From: an uncultured Erysipelotrichaceae bacterium
Lineage (GTDB): Bacteria; Bacillota_I; Bacilli_A; Erysipelotrichales; Erysipelotrichaceae
NCBI GenBank assembly: GCA_964436975.1
Contig: CAYTET010000004.1
Coordinates: 1-45,917 of the forward strand
Length of the DNA: 45,917 nucleotides
Direction of reading: 5' to 3'
Shown in pieces: positions 1-9,117 of the stretch (positions are counted from its first letter, which is position 1; the number at the start of each line of letters is the position of its first letter). Made by a program: the position numbers and the translations under genes. The notes under the pieces were generated by a model. It was not told the DNA's origin, did not search any database, and was given only the letters and a program-made list of their open reading frames with translations.

Positions 1-115
1 CGTTGCGGCCGATCAGCCCCATAATGGTTTTGGGCTTGACCGCAAAGCTGACATCCTCCAGCCGGAATTTATCATAATACTTGCATAAATGACTGACTTT
101 TAAAATTTCTTCCAT
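1..115 (-). CDS. ABC transporter ATP-binding protein, N-terminal fragment (continues beyond window start)
   Basis: Minus-strand ATG at 115 preceded by GAGGA; the translation MEEILKVSHLCKYYDKFRLEDVSFAVKPKTIMGLIGRN matches an ABC ATPase N-terminus running into the Walker A region; the start lies 3 nt after the TetR stop, which suggests an operon. Confidence 0.5.
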   Translation of the reverse strand, partial: MEEILKVSHLCKYYDKFRLEDVSFAVKPKTIMGLIGRN

Positions 116-118
116 TTT

Positions 119-691
119 TTAGTTATCCTCTTTTGCAGCTATGCCGTTTTTAAAGCTCATATAAGCCTGACTCAGCAGATCACTGACGGTTGCTTCATCC
201 CAGTTCAGATAAGACGTGACAATCATTGTCGCCAGGCCGTGCACGAATATCCAGTCGGCCATATGGAGCCGGAAGGCCTGTTTTTCCGTAAAGCCGGTAT
301 TCTTTTCTATCATTTTCAGAAGGGCCGGCATGTCTTCATCGGTTTTATCTGCTGTATCCTCGTTGGTCCGGTTGCGCATAAACAGCAGCTTGAACAATTC
401 CGGCTTCCGGCGGGCAAAATTGATATAGGCCATCCCGCTGGCCTTGTAAGGCGGCATTGTCTTATCCTGAGCAGCTGCCATTATGCAATCATGATACAGG
501 GCCTGGGCCGCTTCGATTACGGCCTGGCGCAGCTGATCCATACTGTCAAAATTAGAAAAGATCGGCTGCGTTGAGCAATGAAGCTGATCAGCCAGCATCC
601 GGGCATTTAAGGCCTCCAGGCCCTGCCGGCTTACCAGATCGACGGCCGCCTGAATAATTTCATCCCGGCTTATTCTTGTTTGGCGCGGCAT
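119..691 (-). CDS. TetR/AcrR family transcriptional regulator
   Basis: 190 aa with an N-terminal HTH (RISRDEIIQAAVDLVSRQGLEALNARMLADQLHCSTQPIFSNF) typical of TetR; RBS AAAGGAGG upstream. Confidence 0.85.
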   Translation of the reverse strand: MPRQTRISRDEIIQAAVDLVSRQGLEALNARMLADQLHCSTQPIFSNFDSMDQLRQAVIEAAQALYHDCIMAAAQDKTMPPYKASGMAYINFARRKPELFKLLFMRNRTNEDTADKTDEDMPALLKMIEKNTGFTEKQAFRLHMADWIFVHGLATMIVTSYLNWDEATVSDLLSQAYMSFKNGIAAKEDN

Positions 692-715
692 TCTTCCTCC
701 TTTAATATAACGCTA

Positions 716-736
716 GTTATATAACAGTTGTTATAC
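716..736. promoter_or_regulatory. Perfect 10-bp palindrome GTTATATAAC plus adjacent GTTATAC half-site upstream of the TetR gene; candidate TetR operator
   Basis: Palindrome read directly at 716-725, repeated half-site at 730-736, about 25 bp upstream of the TetR start. Confidence 0.3.
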
Positions 737-800
737 TATCACCAACCCTCTGTCCTGTCAACAGCAGATATCGTTGCAGCCTGCTATTTATGCTATTATC

Positions 801-880
801 GGTATGGGAGACTGCCTTTGACGCCGGCATCCCCGCTATTTAAAATTCCAGCGTCTGCCCTAAGGGCCGTCTCCCTTTTT
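801..880 (+). ncRNA. Candidate small structured RNA or terminator-like element (outer stem GGGAGAC/GTCTCCC enclosing an inner GACGC/GCGTC hairpin, followed by TTTTT)
   Basis: Outer stem 806-812 with 869-875, inner stem 820-824 with 851-855, U-run 876-880; a -10-like TATTAT at 794-799 with a TTGCAG 14 nt upstream. No coding potential with an RBS. Confidence 0.2.
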
Positions 881-920
881 GCCGGCTATAACAGCTTGTC
901 AGCGAAGCAATCATGCTATC

Positions 921-960
921 AAAAAAAGAGAACTAATCATGGTGGTCAGTTCTCTTTCAT
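921..960. terminator. Bidirectional rho-independent terminator; on the minus strand it terminates the giant adhesin gene
   Basis: AAGAGAACT (926-934) / AGTTCTCTT (948-956) 9-bp stem with a 13-nt loop, A-run 921-927 upstream (a U-run on the minus strand) and T-rich sequence downstream. Confidence 0.6.
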
Positions 961-987
961 TTTACTTAAAATCTAATCCGGCCGGTC

Positions 988-3900
988 TTAAGCAGTTCTC
1001 TGCCGGCGCTTCTTGTCGCTGAACAGCAGCACCGCCAGTCCGGCAGCAGCCGTGGTCAGCAGTGAAACATAAAGCGTCTTTGCAGAATCATCGCCGGTGT
1101 AAGGCGGAGTATTCTTGTAGGTATTGGTAAATACTACCGTTTCAGCACTGCTGCCGTCGGCTGTGATGGTGCGGTCGACGGTTAACTTATTATCGGCCAG
1201 ATTAACCCGGTAGGTCACAGTGTAGGTTGTAGTGTCATAGGTGTACTTGCTGTTGGTGCCCTTCTGCTCGGTGATGGTGTAGTTATACACACCCGGCTCG
1301 GTGAACTTGATTACGCCAAACTCAACCGGTCCGGCTCCGACAACCGACATTGTCTTAACACCTTCGGCGCTGCCTTCAGGCATCGGGTTAGTATCCTTTT
1401 CGGCCGTCATGACAAAGGTGAACTCATCATCAGTGGGCGGGTTGCCCTTTACAACTTTCTGGACCGGCGGATCACTTTCAATAATATATGGTTTATATTC
1501 ATTTTCAAAAGTGAGCGTATTGCTTGTTTCGCTGGTCGGAATCGCCACTGTTGATGAAACGCTGACGGCGCCGTTAACAGCTGCCGGTGTAGTCGTAACA
1601 TCATAGCCGTCTACCTGATAGCCGCTTTCCGTAAATGTAACAGCCGTCTTATAAGGAATTTCAATTGACCAGATATAAGTCAGGCCATCACTTGATCTGC
1701 CATTGCTGATATCGAAAATCACGCTGCTGTCATAATCGTTGGAAATCATAAATGCATCAGCCGGCAGACTGTTAGGCCCCAGACCGGTAAATATCTTGAT
1801 CACGGTAACAGTGTAGTTGGTCTCAGAATAGGTATTTTCGAATGAAGTGCTGTTATCGGCCGCTGTCGTGGTGACAGTTACGGTCTGGCTTACGCTGCCG
1901 TTAGCTGCCGCCGGGGAAGTCGTGACATCATAGCCATCAACCGCATAGCCGCTTTCAGTAAATACAACGGAAGTCTTGTACGGAACCTCAATCGTCCATT
2001 CATAAGTCAGACCATCGGCTGAGGCCGTCCCGTCAGCCAAGGTAAACACAGTATTATTGTAATTATTGCCAATCTGGAAACCGGCTGACGGCAGTTCGGC
2101 CGTCGTCAGCCCGGCAAACACCTTGGTCACCGTGACGGTGTAGTTTTCGGGTGTGTAGGTGTTGGTAAATGAGGTGGCATTATCCGCAGCCGTCGCTGTC
2201 ACGGTAACTGTCTGACTGACAGAACCGTTAACCGCCGCCGGCGCCGTCGCAACTTCATAGCCTTCTACGGCATAGCCGCTTTCGGTAAATTTGACTGTGG
2301 TCTTATACGGTACATCAATTGTCCAGGTGTAAGTCATGTCATTATTAGATGCTGTCGCCGTGGCCAAGGTAAATTCGGTATCATCATAATCATTGACGAT
2401 CTTAAAGCCAGCCGGCAGTTCGGCTTTGGTTAACCCGCTGAATGTCTTGGTTACCTTCACTTCATAATCAGCTTCAAAATACTCATTGGAAAACGCAGTG
2501 CTGTTGCTGTTTGTGGGGCTCAAGAGGTCAACAGTGACCGTCTGGCTGACGGCGCCGTTGACAGCTAACGGAGTGGTTCTAACATTATAGCCATCCACGG
2601 TATAGCCGCTTTCCGTAAACTTGATTGCAGTCTTATACGGCACATCAATCATCCAGATATAGGTCAGGCCGTCAGATGAAGTCATGCCGGAAGCTAAGGT
2701 AAATACCGTGTTATCATAATCGTTTGTGATCTTAAAGTCGGCGGTCGGTAATTCCGTCTTGGCCAGCCCTGAAAATATCTTTGCGACCGTCACGGTAAAC
2801 TTCTTTGCGGTATAGGCATTGGTAAATGCTGCTGTATTATTGGCCGCTGTGGTGCTGACAGTAACAGACTGGCTGACGGCACCGCTGACGGCTGCCGGTG
2901 TGGTTGTAACATCAAAGCCATCTACGGCATAGCCGCTTTCCGTAAACTTGACTGCTGTCTTATACGGCACATCAATGGCCCAGGTATAAGTCAGACCATC
3001 AGATGAAGCCGTGCCATTGGCCAGGGTAAAGACGGTGCTGTTGTAATCGTTGGCAATCTTAAAACCGGATGGCAGTTCAGCCGTTGTTAAGCCGGTAAAG
3101 GTCTTGCTGACAGTTACCGTATAGTTTTTAGCTGTATAGGTATTGCTGAACGAAGTCTTGTTATTGGCCGCGACCATTCCGACAGTAACGGTCTGGCTGA
3201 CCGCATTGCCGACTGAAGCCGGGCTTGTAACAACATCATAGCCGGCCACGTCATAGCCGCTTTCCGTAAACTTGACTGCCGTCTTATACGGCACATCAAT
3301 GGTCCAGGTGTAAGTCAGATCATCAGATGAAGCCGTACCGGTGGCTAAGGTAAATACGGTATTGTCATAATCATTAGTAATCTTAAATCCGGAAGGCAGT
3401 TCTGCCTTGGCTAATCCGGCAAAGGTCTTGGAGACGGTTACCGTGTAGTCTTTGACAGTGTACGCATTGGTAAATGAAGTGCTGTTATTGGCCGTCACGG
3501 TGCTTACCGTTACGGTCTGGCTGACGGCGCCGCTGGCAATAGCCGGCGTTGTCACAACGTCATAGCCGCTGACGGCATAGCCGCTTTCGGTAAAGACTAT
3601 TGCGGTCTTGTTGGGAACACTGATCATCCAGGTATAGGTCAGGCCATCAGATGAAGCCGTGCCATTGGCCAGGGTAAAGACGGTGCTGTTGTAATCGTTG
3701 GCAATCTTAAAATTGGCCGTCGGCAGTTCGGTCTTGGCTAAGCCGGTAAACGTCTTGGTGACCGTGACGGTGTAATCAGAGGCCGAATAGGCATTGGTAA
3801 ATGCCGTCTTGTTATTGGATTCGGTGGTACTTACTGTAACAGAACTGCTGATGACATTGCTGACAGCCGCCGGTGTTGTTGTGACATTGAATCCGGTCAC

Positions 3901-6900
3901 ATCATAGCCGCTTTCAGTAAACTTTATAACTGTCTTATATGGAACGTTAATCGTCCAGGTATAAGTCAGGCCGTCGGCTGAAGCCGTGCCAGAAGCTAAG
4001 GTAAATACGGTATTGTTATAATCATTGGTGATCTTAAAGTTAGCTGTCGGCAGTTCCGCCTTGGTCAGACCGGTAAAGGTCTTGGTGACGGTTACTGTGT
4101 AGTCTTTGACAGTGTATGCATTGGTAAACGAAGTGCTGTTATTGGCAGCCGCGGTGCTTACTGTCACTGTCTGACTGACGGCCCCGCTGGCAGCTGCCGG
4201 TGTTGTTGTGACATCGTAGCCGGCAACTTCATAACCGCTTTCGGTAAACTTTACAGCGGTCTTATACGGAGCCGCCATGGTCCAGGTATAAGTCAGGCCA
4301 TCCGCTGAAGCCGTGCCATTGGCCAGGGTGAAGACGGTGCTGTTGTAATTATTGGCAATCTTAAATCCGGATGGCAGTTCATCTTTGGTCAGACCGGTAA
4401 ACGTCTTGGTGACCGTGACGGTATAATCGGATGACGAGTAGGCATTGGTAAATGCTGCTGCGTTATCGGATTCTGTGGTACTGACAGTAACCGACTTGCT
4501 GACGGCATTGTTGACAGCCGCCGGTGTTGTTGTAACACTGTAGCCTGCCACATCATAGCCGCTTTCAGTAAACTTGACAGTTGTCTTATACGGGACATCC
4601 ATCGTCCAGGTATAAGTCAGGCCGTCGGCTGAAGCCGTGCCAGAAGCTAAGGTAAACACAGTATTGTCATAATCATTAGTTATCTTAAAGCCGGAAGGCA
4701 GTTCAGCCTTGGTCAGACCGGTAAACGTCTTGGTGACAGTTACCATGATAAGTTTTTCAGTATAGGCATTGGTAAATGAAACCACATTATTGGCGACTGT
4801 TTTACAGACAACTAGCGTCTGGCTGACCGTGCCGTTTGCCGCCGCCGGTGTTGTTGTGGCATCATAGCCGGCAACGTCATAGCCGCTTTCGGTAAACTTG
4901 ACGGATGTCAGATACGGAGCAGTCATAGTCCAGGTATAAGTCAGACCGTCCGAAGACGCCGTGCCATTGGCCAAGGTAAAGACGGTGCTGTTGTAATCGT
5001 TGGTGATCTTAAAGCCGGTAGGAAGTTCTGCCTTGGTTAAGCCGGTAAAGGTCTTGGTTACCGTTACCGTATAGTCAGCCGCCGTATAGGCATTAACAAA
5101 GGCTGCCACATTATTGGCCACTGTGGTGCTGACGGTAACAGACTTGCTGACGACATTGCTGACGGCAGCCGGAGTTGTGACGACATTGTAGCCGTCGATT
5201 GCATAGCCGCTTTCGGTGAAGGTTATCACTTCGGCAGCAGGAGCTTCCATAATCCAGGTATAGTCAAGTCCGTCGGCCGAGACCTGCGAAGCATTGGCTA
5301 AAGTAAACTCAGTGCTGTTGTAACTGTTGACAATCTTAAAATTGGCCGGCAGTTCGTCACGGGTAATTCCGGTAAAGCTCTTGGTCACCTTTACCTGATA
5401 AGCCTTGCTGTTGGTGACCGTCAAGCCGGTGCTGCTGGAGCCGTAGGAAGTAACATATCCGTCAACGACGGCCTCAACAACCGAATAGGAATAAGTATTG
5501 AAACTGCCATCAACAATGGCCAGCCCGTTCCAGGTAAATGTCCAGTTGTTGGCAGCGTTGAGCACTACGGTGGCCGTGTAATCCGTCGGCCCGACCGGGT
5601 TTCCGATACCGGTGGTAGGATGAGTCTCGTTGGATGAATAATCCGTATAATCAGGCACTATTTCCTTAGCGGCTGAACCAGCCTGCCGGTAAAGGGTAAC
5701 CGTAACCGAATCGGGCTGACCGGCGGCATCGCCGACCCAGCTCTTTGTCACTGTTATCGAGGTCCGGCCCCGATAGGTATTGGTAACCGCATTGCCGCTG
5801 GCAGCGTTGCTGCCGGTATAGCCATAGTCGGCCAGCATATTCTGGGTGTCTTCCGTCAGTGCATAAGTGACGGCATTGGCGCCCTGATACTGCCGCAGGT
5901 TGGAATAAACTATGCCAAAGGTACCGTCATTGTTATCGGTGACTGTGGCAGTGACTGTATAGGATTCGGTTCCCGGATCAGCTGAACCGCTGGCATATAC
6001 CATTGTATAGACGCCGCTGCCTTTATCTGTGACCGTGGCATCAGTCAGCTCCCAGGAAACGCTGCCATCACTGACTTCAATGTCAAGATAGGACAGCAGA
6101 GCGGCCATATTCGGACGTTTGACATCAGTATCATCATGATAAGTCTTCGTCACCGCAAATGTTGTCGTCTTCTTAGTGACATACTGCATATTGAACTCAT
6201 CAGAATAATCTTTGTTGTTATAAGAATAGGTAATACCTGAACCCGTCCGGTTGGATTCAACGCCGTTTGCCGTCACGGTGCCGTCATAGCCGGCATCTGT
6301 CATTTCAACCGTAGCGGTTATGACATAATTGTAATCAGGCTCCAGCCGGTAGGAATCCGGAAATTGCAGGACCAGCCGGCTGTCTGTCGGCGACTCGTCA
6401 TATGTGATAGTAAGTGCGGTAGCGCTGTTTTTCTCTGTCGCCTTCAGATAGACAACGGCTGAGCTGCCTAACACAGTATGGGCACTGTTGGTATAGGAAA
6501 CCAAATCGCCGTTAGAGCCGTCGCTGTTCCGCTTATAAACGCTGACTTTATATGAAGTAGGTGAAATAACGCTCATAGTGACACTGTCAGCCAGAACATC
6601 GGTCACCTTGACCTTTGTAACATCAATATTGGTGATCTGGGTGAAGATATCATCAAAAGCCGTCGCTATTGTCGAATCATTGGTGCTGTAAATACCATCG
6701 GTATAAGCCGATGTTCCAACACTGGTATTAAGGGCTTTTACTGCATCCTTGATGGAAGTCAGATTGGATGTCTGACTAGTAGTCAGGCTATAGCCGATAG
6801 AAAAGAAGGCATTGGCAGCCAAATACTTGCCGGCCACTCCGATAGCAGCATCAAGGTTGCTGTCAAAGTCTGATGAAACCCGGCTGGTCGGTTCGCCGTC

Positions 6901-8520
6901 AGTCAGGAATATAACTACCGTCTTGGCATCGGCATAATCAGCCCCCCGGTTGTTCAGCTGGTTGATCCCCTGAATAAAGCCGGCTTCATAATTGGTTCCA
7001 TAAGAACTGACATGCAATGCGCTTATCGCCGACAGTACGCTGGTCTGATTGCTGCTCCAGTCCAGATTGACGGTAGCGGCATCATTGAAGCTGACAACAC
7101 TGAATCTGATGATGTCTTTAAGTTTTTCATTGGCAAACAGATTATTGACAAGCGTGGTGGCCGCCGCTTTAGTATTGGCCAGCCGTGTTCCCTGCATGCT
7201 TCCGGAAACATCAAGAATCAGCAAAATATCGACGGGTGAGATTGTCACTTCTGAATCAGAAAATCCGCTGAACCCCAGAGTCAGGGTATATTCATCGCCG
7301 GTGGTATTGACAACCGTTTTGCTCATATTCAGATCAGGATCAGCAACCGTTCCGGTGCCCGGAGTCGATGTTGCCTTATAGACCAGTTTAACTTCAAAGC
7401 TGCCCTTGGATGTCGCCGTGGCGACGCCGGTGGTATAAGTCGTGCCGTTATTTACAAAAGACAGGGTGCAGTTATAGACCGGATTATTATTGCTTCCCAG
7501 ATTGACACACTTGCCGGTAATAACCGGCGCATTGGTCAGGGCGGCTCCGGTCACCGTCTGGGTGGCATTGCTGCTGTCTTTATAGGTGATGACAAAATGA
7601 TCATAGGCATACCCTTCACAGCTCTTCTGGAAGGTAGAAAGATTAACTTTCTCAGCATCAACATAGTCAGTTCCGTTAGGCTTGTCAGGCACGATGTCGG
7701 TATCGGCTACAGCCTTATCGGTTTTGATTTCGGTAAAAGTGCCATCGCCATTGTCAACAACGTAAGTTACAGGCACTTCAAAGTATGACCATGTGGCACT
7801 GGCGCCGGTATTGTCGCCGGCCGGATTGCCCATGTTCTTCCAATAAATAATAAACGAAGAAAAACTATCCACAGTGAATTCAGTGGATATGGCTGTTTCA
7901 TCCTGTGACTGGGCTGATGCCGTGACCGATCCGTCGGTAGCGGCCGTGGTGTCAGCAACAATTTCGACAAATTTATCATCACTGCCGTTTTCATCAACAA
8001 TGTGCGTTACGGTAATGGTGCTGTTATCAATTTCAGCCGCCGAATCCTGGCGGGCATCGGCTATTGCTTTAGAGGCCAGGTCAATGGAAACGACCGCCTC
8101 CCCATTCGGTTCAACTTTATTGCCGGAGGCATTTACAAAGTTGATATCCAGAACGATCATGCCGTCATAATCATGATAGTTGATATCTTCATCCAGCGCC
8201 TGTTTGGCCTGGCTGTATGATGTCTGATCCTGGTCGGCCTGGCTGACGACCAGATGAACTACTTCATCAAAGGCGTTGGAAGGAACCGTGACACGGACAG
8301 TGCCGAAGTCATTGACGCTGACATATTCAGCCGTCGTTACACCGGCAGACGTATCGCTTTGAACTGATGGCTCCTGGGCAGCGGTTTCGGCCGCAATGTA
8401 ATTTTTGCCGTTGGCGGCCAGCTGTTCCGATCCGGCCGTTTTTTCAAAGGCGGATACCGGCATCAATTCCAGAACAAGGCTCAATATTACAAAGAAAATT
8501 CCCACTCTAAATTTGCGCAT
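988..8520 (-). CDS. Giant cell-wall-anchored surface adhesin (2510 aa): signal peptide, vWA domain with MIDAS motif, about 12 tandem Ig/Cna-B-like repeats, pilin-like isopeptide-type C-terminal domain, (S/P)PXTG-type sortase signal
   Basis: N-terminus MRKFRVGIFFVILSLVLELMPVSAFE reads as a signal peptide; DILLILDVSGSMQG...FLTDGEPT is a vWA MIDAS motif; 12 repeats begin YTVTVTKTFTGLTKAELPSGFKI...; the C-terminus is PPYTG, then a hydrophobic segment, then KKRRQR, i.e. a sorting signal; AGGAGG RBS 6 nt before the ATG. Confidence 0.9.
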   Translation of the reverse strand: MRKFRVGIFFVILSLVLELMPVSAFEKTAGSEQLAANGKNYIAAETAAQEPSVQSDTSAGVTTAEYVSVNDFGTVRVTVPSNAFDEVVHLVVSQADQDQTSYSQAKQALDEDINYHDYDGMIVLDINFVNASGNKVEPNGEAVVSIDLASKAIADARQDSAAEIDNSTITVTHIVDENGSDDKFVEIVADTTAATDGSVTASAQSQDETAISTEFTVDSFSSFIIYWKNMGNPAGDNTGASATWSYFEVPVTYVVDNGDGTFTEIKTDKAVADTDIVPDKPNGTDYVDAEKVNLSTFQKSCEGYAYDHFVITYKDSSNATQTVTGAALTNAPVITGKCVNLGSNNNPVYNCTLSFVNNGTTYTTGVATATSKGSFEVKLVYKATSTPGTGTVADPDLNMSKTVVNTTGDEYTLTLGFSGFSDSEVTISPVDILLILDVSGSMQGTRLANTKAAATTLVNNLFANEKLKDIIRFSVVSFNDAATVNLDWSSNQTSVLSAISALHVSSYGTNYEAGFIQGINQLNNRGADYADAKTVVIFLTDGEPTSRVSSDFDSNLDAAIGVAGKYLAANAFFSIGYSLTTSQTSNLTSIKDAVKALNTSVGTSAYTDGIYSTNDSTIATAFDDIFTQITNIDVTKVKVTDVLADSVTMSVISPTSYKVSVYKRNSDGSNGDLVSYTNSAHTVLGSSAVVYLKATEKNSATALTITYDESPTDSRLVLQFPDSYRLEPDYNYVITATVEMTDAGYDGTVTANGVESNRTGSGITYSYNNKDYSDEFNMQYVTKKTTTFAVTKTYHDDTDVKRPNMAALLSYLDIEVSDGSVSWELTDATVTDKGSGVYTMVYASGSADPGTESYTVTATVTDNNDGTFGIVYSNLRQYQGANAVTYALTEDTQNMLADYGYTGSNAASGNAVTNTYRGRTSITVTKSWVGDAAGQPDSVTVTLYRQAGSAAKEIVPDYTDYSSNETHPTTGIGNPVGPTDYTATVVLNAANNWTFTWNGLAIVDGSFNTYSYSVVEAVVDGYVTSYGSSSTGLTVTNSKAYQVKVTKSFTGITRDELPANFKIVNSYNSTEFTLANASQVSADGLDYTWIMEAPAAEVITFTESGYAIDGYNVVTTPAAVSNVVSKSVTVSTTVANNVAAFVNAYTAADYTVTVTKTFTGLTKAELPTGFKITNDYNSTVFTLANGTASSDGLTYTWTMTAPYLTSVKFTESGYDVAGYDATTTPAAANGTVSQTLVVCKTVANNVVSFTNAYTEKLIMVTVTKTFTGLTKAELPSGFKITNDYDNTVFTLASGTASADGLTYTWTMDVPYKTTVKFTESGYDVAGYSVTTTPAAVNNAVSKSVTVSTTESDNAAAFTNAYSSSDYTVTVTKTFTGLTKDELPSGFKIANNYNSTVFTLANGTASADGLTYTWTMAAPYKTAVKFTESGYEVAGYDVTTTPAAASGAVSQTVTVSTAAANNSTSFTNAYTVKDYTVTVTKTFTGLTKAELPTANFKITNDYNNTVFTLASGTASADGLTYTWTINVPYKTVIKFTESGYDVTGFNVTTTPAAVSNVISSSVTVSTTESNNKTAFTNAYSASDYTVTVTKTFTGLAKTELPTANFKIANDYNSTVFTLANGTASSDGLTYTWMISVPNKTAIVFTESGYAVSGYDVVTTPAIASGAVSQTVTVSTVTANNSTSFTNAYTVKDYTVTVSKTFAGLAKAELPSGFKITNDYDNTVFTLATGTASSDDLTYTWTIDVPYKTAVKFTESGYDVAGYDVVTSPASVGNAVSQTVTVGMVAANNKTSFSNTYTAKNYTVTVSKTFTGLTTAELPSGFKIANDYNSTVFTLANGTASSDGLTYTWAIDVPYKTAVKFTESGYAVDGFDVTTTPAAVSGAVSQSVTVSTTAANNTAAFTNAYTAKKFTVTVAKIFSGLAKTELPTADFKITNDYDNTVFTLASGMTSSDGLTYIWMIDVPYKTAIKFTESGYTVDGYNVRTTPLAVNGAVSQTVTVDLLSPTNSNSTAFSNEYFEADYEVKVTKTFSGLTKAELPAGFKIVNDYDDTEFTLATATASNNDMTYTWTIDVPYKTTVKFTESGYAVEGYEVATAPAAVNGSVSQTVTVTATAADNATSFTNTYTPENYTVTVTKVFAGLTTAELPSAGFQIGNNYNNTVFTLADGTASADGLTYEWTIEVPYKTSVVFTESGYAVDGYDVTTSPAAANGSVSQTVTVTTTAADNSTSFENTYSETNYTVTVIKIFTGLGPNSLPADAFMISNDYDSSVIFDISNGRSSDGLTYIWSIEIPYKTAVTFTESGYQVDGYDVTTTPAAVNGAVSVSSTVAIPTSETSNTLTFENEYKPYIIESDPPVQKVVKGNPPTDDEFTFVMTAEKDTNPMPEGSAEGVKTMSVVGAGPVEFGVIKFTEPGVYNYTITEQKGTNSKYTYDTTTYTVTYRVNLADNKLTVDRTITADGSSAETVVFTNTYKNTPPYTGDDSAKTLYVSLLTTAAAGLAVLLFSDKKRRQRTA
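1650..5470 (-). repeat. About 12 tandem ~320-bp (about 106-aa) intragenic repeats inside the adhesin gene (approximate boundaries)
   Basis: Recurrent nucleotide blocks (e.g. gccgtcttatacggcacatcaat, ccgctttccgtaaacttgac) about every 320 bp; protein-level repeats TKTFTGL...LP.GFKI...TVFTL...DGLTYTW...FTESGY..GY. Confidence 0.8.
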
Positions 8521-8692
8521 AAACTACCTCCTTGTTTTGGCTTGGCTGCAAATTACAGCGTCAGCGGAACGCAGCCGTTTGCCAGTAGCCCGGCAGTGCT
8601 CCCCTGACCTCATCTTTAATTTACCGATTATAAAATCGGCTGTAAGTCAGTCTGTTGAGAATAGCCAATATGATGTTGTGAATAATTGCAGT

Positions 8693-8716
8693 AAAAAAAC
8701 CGGCTGTTAACGCCGG
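8693..8716 (-). terminator. Orphan hairpin plus U-run (minus-strand orientation) in the adhesin/WYL divergent intergenic region
   Basis: CCGGC tgttaac GCCGG (8700-8716) followed on the minus strand by a 7-nt U-run (8693-8699); no minus-strand gene upstream of it. Confidence 0.25.
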
Positions 8717-9117
8717 CGGCGGCCCATAAAATCGGTTTCCAATTGTTTATGCGGCTGACCAAACTATCAGAAAACCAGTAAAAAAAGGGGTTATTGCCAT
8801 GATTAAAGACCGGCGCCGCTACGCGGACCGCCCGGATTCTGGCTGCCGCCGCCCATAAATGCGCCAACAGCGGTTTTTAAGGGCTGAATTCACCCGTTTC
8901 CGCGTAATAGACGGCTTGCCGGCGCCGGTCTGAAAAGGATTGTATTTCTTTATTTCACTTTTAATATGGTATTATCGATAAAGAGCTTCTTTTTCCAGCC
9001 GCATTTGAAATTGACAGGCCTCAGTTTATCATCCGCGGCTTTGATTATGAAAGGACAGCCGGCCAGAAGGCCCGCAATGCTGTTATACTTCCGGTCCCGG
9101 CAGAAAGGAGGCACGCC

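Noticed and set aside
1301-8220. Numerous 60-110-aa ORFs on both strands inside the adhesin gene (e.g. 1301-1606, 7049-7381, 7874-8170)
   Set aside because: They are embedded in or antisense to a continuous 7.5-kb reading frame with a clear domain architecture and lack RBSs. They are artefacts of repetitive, GC-biased sequence.
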